Below, piece after piece: positions 56,463 through 59,938 of a stretch of DNA of 59,938 nucleotides. Numbering within the stretch: the first letter of the stretch is position 1; each line of letters starts with the position of its first letter. The notes beneath the pieces were generated by a model. That model worked only from the letters and a program-made list of their open reading frames with translations, was not told the origin of the DNA and searched no databases. The stretch comes from an uncultured bacterium. GTDB lineage: Bacteria; Patescibacteriota; Minisyncoccia; Moranbacterales; GWC2-37-73. Where the stretch lies: contig CAISKQ010000032.1 of assembly GCA_903885965.1 (NCBI GenBank), positions 1 to 59,938 of the forward strand, written 5' to 3'. The translations under genes were made by a program, and so were the position numbers.

Positions 56463-57977
56463 ATGGAAGATTCAGAAATACCAAAAAAAATATTCTGGTG
56501 GACACTTTTTGTGCTTTTTTGGGTTGTCTCAGCAACTATTATAGGCTATGCTTTCGGCTATCGTTTTAATTTCAAACGAGGCGTTTTTGTTTATGGCGGA
56601 TCAGTCTCAATGAAAACAACGCCGCTAGATTCAGATATCTATATAAATAATGTCCTTTATTCTTCTAAAAAATTGAACAGACTTAATAATTCTTATCACA
56701 TCGACGGCATCCAACCAGGAGATTATTCTTTGGAAGTAAAATCTCCTGGATATGCAACTTGGTCAAAGAAGATTTCAATTCACAGTGGTATCTCAACTGA
56801 ATTTTGGAATGTAGTGCTGACAAAAAATGAATACATAAAAACCAGCTACGATACTAAAGGGGCACTCCGCTTTTTCGTTTCGCCCAGGAAAAACCTGACC
56901 GCAGTGGCTCTGCAAAATGAAAATGATTTTGCCATAAACGTCGTAAACGCTCAGGACAAAACCGTTGAAAACATTTTCAAATCAAGCGATTATGTCTTTA
57001 CCGATAATGCAAAAGAAAATATTGAGTGGACACCTCAAGCTCACCGCATAATCATCCCGGTCATCAAAAAAGATACGCAAAAAAAGAACTACCTTATTGC
57101 CGATATTCCAGCTGATCAAGTGCTCAATTTGCAAGACATTGCCCACACTGATGATCTTTCCCATGTGCGATGGGATCCAAAAACAAAAAATGCCCTTTTC
57201 TACATGTCAGGTGGAAATCTTTATCGCGTCGATCTTGACTCACCAACTGAGATTCGCCAAGTTGCCAAAAATATCGCCAGCTATGAGCTTGCTTCAAGTG
57301 GTTTATATTATTTCCAACTTCCAGAAGGAATCGTCTACAAAACCAACACAGACGGCACTGATGACCCATCACAAATCACCCTCTCCCCGCCATCGCATAT
57401 GGATGACCCAAATTATCAAATCATTGTCTATGACAAGAACAGAATCGTATTTCTTAATCCTAGCCATGATTTGTATGTCTATAATCAAGGTGAAAGTAAT
57501 GATTATTTCCAGCAGCTTTCCAGCAATGCACTTGGCAGTCAATTTTCAGATGATGGGAAAAAGCTGCTCTATTGGAATGAACATGAAATTAATGTCTATT
57601 TTGCCAGAAAATGGGATGTGCAACCAATGCGCAATGAAAATGATATCCTTCCTATCACCCGCTATTCTGACGTTATGTCCAATATCCAATGGTCTCGAGA
57701 CTATGAACACGTCATTTTTTCAACTAGCAAGCAAGTTAAATTTATCGAAACTGATCAACGTGATCATCGTAACCTCATGGATTTGTTTAAGCTCAATTCG
57801 GATAATAATCAAATCACCAACAATAATTCCGACGGTCTAATTTATTTTATTGATACTAATTCTGATGGAGCAAGCATGCTCAACACTATTGAATTCCCAG
57901 AAAAAACAACCCTCCTCGAAAATCTTGGCTTTGGAGCGACAGCGCCAACTGACACGAATGCCGGAAAACAAAAATAG
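56463..57977 (+). CDS. PEGA-domain membrane-anchored protein with a C-terminal beta-rich region
   Basis: Contains an N-terminal TM helix and a PEGA-like strand (VKSPGYATWSKKISI). I took the ATG at 56463 as the start. Confidence 0.6.
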   Translation: MEDSEIPKKIFWWTLFVLFWVVSATIIGYAFGYRFNFKRGVFVYGGSVSMKTTPLDSDIYINNVLYSSKKLNRLNNSYHIDGIQPGDYSLEVKSPGYATWSKKISIHSGISTEFWNVVLTKNEYIKTSYDTKGALRFFVSPRKNLTAVALQNENDFAINVVNAQDKTVENIFKSSDYVFTDNAKENIEWTPQAHRIIIPVIKKDTQKKNYLIADIPADQVLNLQDIAHTDDLSHVRWDPKTKNALFYMSGGNLYRVDLDSPTEIRQVAKNIASYELASSGLYYFQLPEGIVYKTNTDGTDDPSQITLSPPSHMDDPNYQIIVYDKNRIVFLNPSHDLYVYNQGESNDYFQQLSSNALGSQFSDDGKKLLYWNEHEINVYFARKWDVQPMRNENDILPITRYSDVMSNIQWSRDYEHVIFSTSKQVKFIETDQRDHRNLMDLFKLNSDNNQITNNNSDGLIYFIDTNSDGASMLNTIEFPEKTTLLENLGFGATAPTDTNAGKQK

Positions 57978-58500
57978 CTCATTAGGCTTTAGCTTTTTAG
58001 CTTTTTTAGTAAATCTTCCCACAAATCTACAAATTTATAAAAATATTACTAGTAATGTCATGCTGAATTTATTTCAGCATCTCTATTACAGTAAACTAAC
58101 TTAAACAAAGAGAGTAGATTCTGAAACTTGCCTACCGGTAGGCAGGCAAGTTCAGAATGACAAAATCATTTACAAAATAAAAAAGTGCTAACCACTAGCA
58201 TCATTGCGAGGAGGTAATCCTCCGTGGCAATCCAGGGCGCTGCTTTACTTATTTTCCACTCCGCCCCAGGCGGATCGCGAAGACAGTCCATGTTAGTTCA
58301 ATGCCCATGACTTTATTTTTGTGTTACAACTATTTTAAGATTACCCACAAAAATCGTCATTATCTCACGACCGCGAAATTATGACGATTTTTCTTTTATG
58401 ATAAAATTATTTTCAACAAAATAAAAAAGCCCATAGAGATAGTTCAGCGCGATATGCTAAACATTTTCTCTATAGACTTTTCTTTTTTGCCCTTTCAGAA

Positions 58501-58917
58501 TCAGAAAAAGTTACCAGTGGTATCTTTTTCCAGCCAGGCTGGCACTGGATTTACGGATACCTTCTCTCCCCTGAGAAACATACCCGATAAGATGTCATGC
58601 CGCGACTGTTCCCCAGGCGATGTCCCGGCTGATACTACAACAAGAGCCTCCCTGGCCAGAGAATAGGCGGTGAGATTAAACTGTCTTTCAGCACCTATTT
58701 GACGCAAGACAGAAATATTGTCGGTATCAGGGCTGGTCAGAATTAAAACCAGCGAACCGTCATTGTTAACTATGATAGCCCTGGCCCCGGCCTTTTTAAT
58801 CTTTTCCTGCATAGCCGATGTAACTTTTTCGGAATTTACAGGTTTTTCTTTCGAGCATCCACTGATTGCAAAAACCAGCGAAAACAATGCGACCAAAACA
58901 ACTAAGCTTTTTTTCAT
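58501..58917 (-). CDS. Lipoprotein, hypothetical
   Basis: MKKSLVVLVALFSLVFAISGC lipobox. Confidence 0.6.
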   Translation of the reverse strand: MKKSLVVLVALFSLVFAISGCSKEKPVNSEKVTSAMQEKIKKAGARAIIVNNDGSLVLILTSPDTDNISVLRQIGAERQFNLTAYSLAREALVVVSAGTSPGEQSRHDILSGMFLRGEKVSVNPVPAWLEKDTTGNFF

Positions 58918-59219
58918 GATATCCCCTATTTTTTTCGTTATTAATTGATTGAGTTTATGTCGAGCATTGAAACGACGAATAGTTTCCCCATTTCAATGCT
59001 CAACATAGCTCTCTCAAGCAATTTAATTTTCAACGCGACTGACTTTATATATTACACCCTTTTAACTATTTTGTCAAGCATAACTTTTCCCACATCAAAA
59101 AAATGCCTGAAATAAGGCATTTTTTGTGTATTTTTCCAAGGTTATATTTTCGTATTTTTACATTTCCTAAAAGCTAGTTTACGTATTTCCTAAAACCTAA
59201 AAGCTAGTGAAGCTAAAAG

Positions 59220-59492
59220 CTATTGTTCATCCCCATCTGGCACGCCAGCATTTTCACCCCAATCAAAAGGTTTCTTGAACATATAATTGTCACTGCATTT
59301 TTGACGACAAAATTCATAGGCACGATCACCCAAATTTGAATCTTCCACGCAAGCATTCCAAACAGCCAAATCTTGAATGTTTGTTTTTCTGACTTCCAAA
59401 TATTGACTGAAAGCATAACTAACCGTGAAAATGAAAGCAATCACTGCGAAAACAATTATCATCACCCGATTGAAAACATCATTGTTTTTCAT
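59220..59492 (-). CDS. Small membrane-anchored Cys-containing protein
   Basis: 90 aa with an N-terminal TM helix and 3 Cys in the ectodomain. Confidence 0.5.
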   Translation of the reverse strand: MKNNDVFNRVMIIVFAVIAFIFTVSYAFSQYLEVRKTNIQDLAVWNACVEDSNLGDRAYEFCRQKCSDNYMFKKPFDWGENAGVPDGDEQ

Positions 59493-59815
59493 AAAAGTTT
59501 TTTAATGTTTAGTGCTTTCATTATACTCCGATTTTTTTCAATCACAATAGTAAACAAACAAAACTTAATTTTGAAATTTCCTGCAGGTTCAAGTTTGTAA
59601 CTTAAACCTTAAAGTTTGCGAGCTGAAAAATATTACCAGTAAACATTAGGAGTAGGTTACAAACCTGCTCCTGCGAAAATTATGTAAATAAAAAAAACCA
59701 AAGCCGAAACTTTGGAATGATGTTTTTTGAAAAATAAAACTTTTCCAAGGAAACTTTTCCAAGGACGGTCCTCGGAGGATTTTTCCTCGGAGGATTTTTT
59801 CATAAGCTAGACCCT

Positions 59816-59938
59816 ATGACAATTGATATGGATGATTCGGGTATTGTAACCATCACGCAGATCAGTAGTTTCTTAAAAACTTCAGCCCTTGTAACTTTCA
59901 AGGGAGTCAGTAGAAAAGATAAATATCGTTGGGTAGAA
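59816..59938 (+). CDS. Partial ORF running off the window end; possibly the N-terminus of a transposase or integrase
   Basis: It translates to MTIDMDDSGIVTITQISSFLKTSALVTFKGVSRKDKYRWVE. The functional call rests on a vague recollection only. Confidence 0.25.
   Translation, partial: MTIDMDDSGIVTITQISSFLKTSALVTFKGVSRKDKYRWVE

Noticed and set aside
1-59938. An alternative genetic code, such as UGA recoding as seen in some candidate phyla.
   Set aside because: All conserved genes are full length under the standard code, and TGA is used as a genuine stop (for example IS3 orfA and the 155-aa gene). The single in-frame TAA at 1214-1216 is better explained as a mutation or error.

Overview
This is a visibly AT-rich bacterial window. 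Nearly all genes lie on the minus strand, and the only + strand genes are folC, the IS3 transposase, a PEGA-domain gene and a partial ORF at the right edge. The gene content, small genes and dispersed short GC-rich hairpin repeats suggest a reduced-genome, Patescibacteria/CPR-like organism; that assignment is inference only.

Layout:
- 1-3.4 kb: a transposase fragment, then an archaeo-eukaryotic primase (AEP) fused to an SF2 helicase, with two small partner genes.
- 3.5-6.2 kb: secA.
- 6.3-21.3 kb: a co-directional defense island built around a type I R-M system (hsdM, hsdS, hsdR). It is interrupted by passenger genes: dinD, a Zn-ribbon protein, HigB-like, XRE-ImmA, HEPN, a frameshifted MBL hydrolase and a GxxExxY protein. 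It is followed by AbrB-like, Mrr-like, PD-(D/E)xK and wHTH-PRTase genes.
- 21.4-45.7 kb: core genes hpf, murB, P-type ATPase, GT39, murC, murG, ftsW, trmD, folC, lysS, greA, rseP and frr. Two large unknown proteins and a Nudix / nucleoside-deoxyribosyltransferase-like / DUF3850 cluster are interspersed.
- 45.8-55.6 kb: a modular accessory region ending at tRNA-Lys. It contains repeated copies of the tRNA-Lys 3' end, ~180-bp direct repeats, a promoter module reused four times, GC-rich structured spacers, gene-fragment duplications and an IS3 element.

The most unusual items:
- A tRNA-like gene whose 5' and 3' halves are separated by a ~65-nt insert.
- The tRNA-Lys-fragment and repeat architecture of the accessory region.
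- Gene-tail duplications at cassette junctions inside the R-M island.

All repeat coordinates were counted by hand and may be off by 1-2 nt. No searches or folding programs were run.
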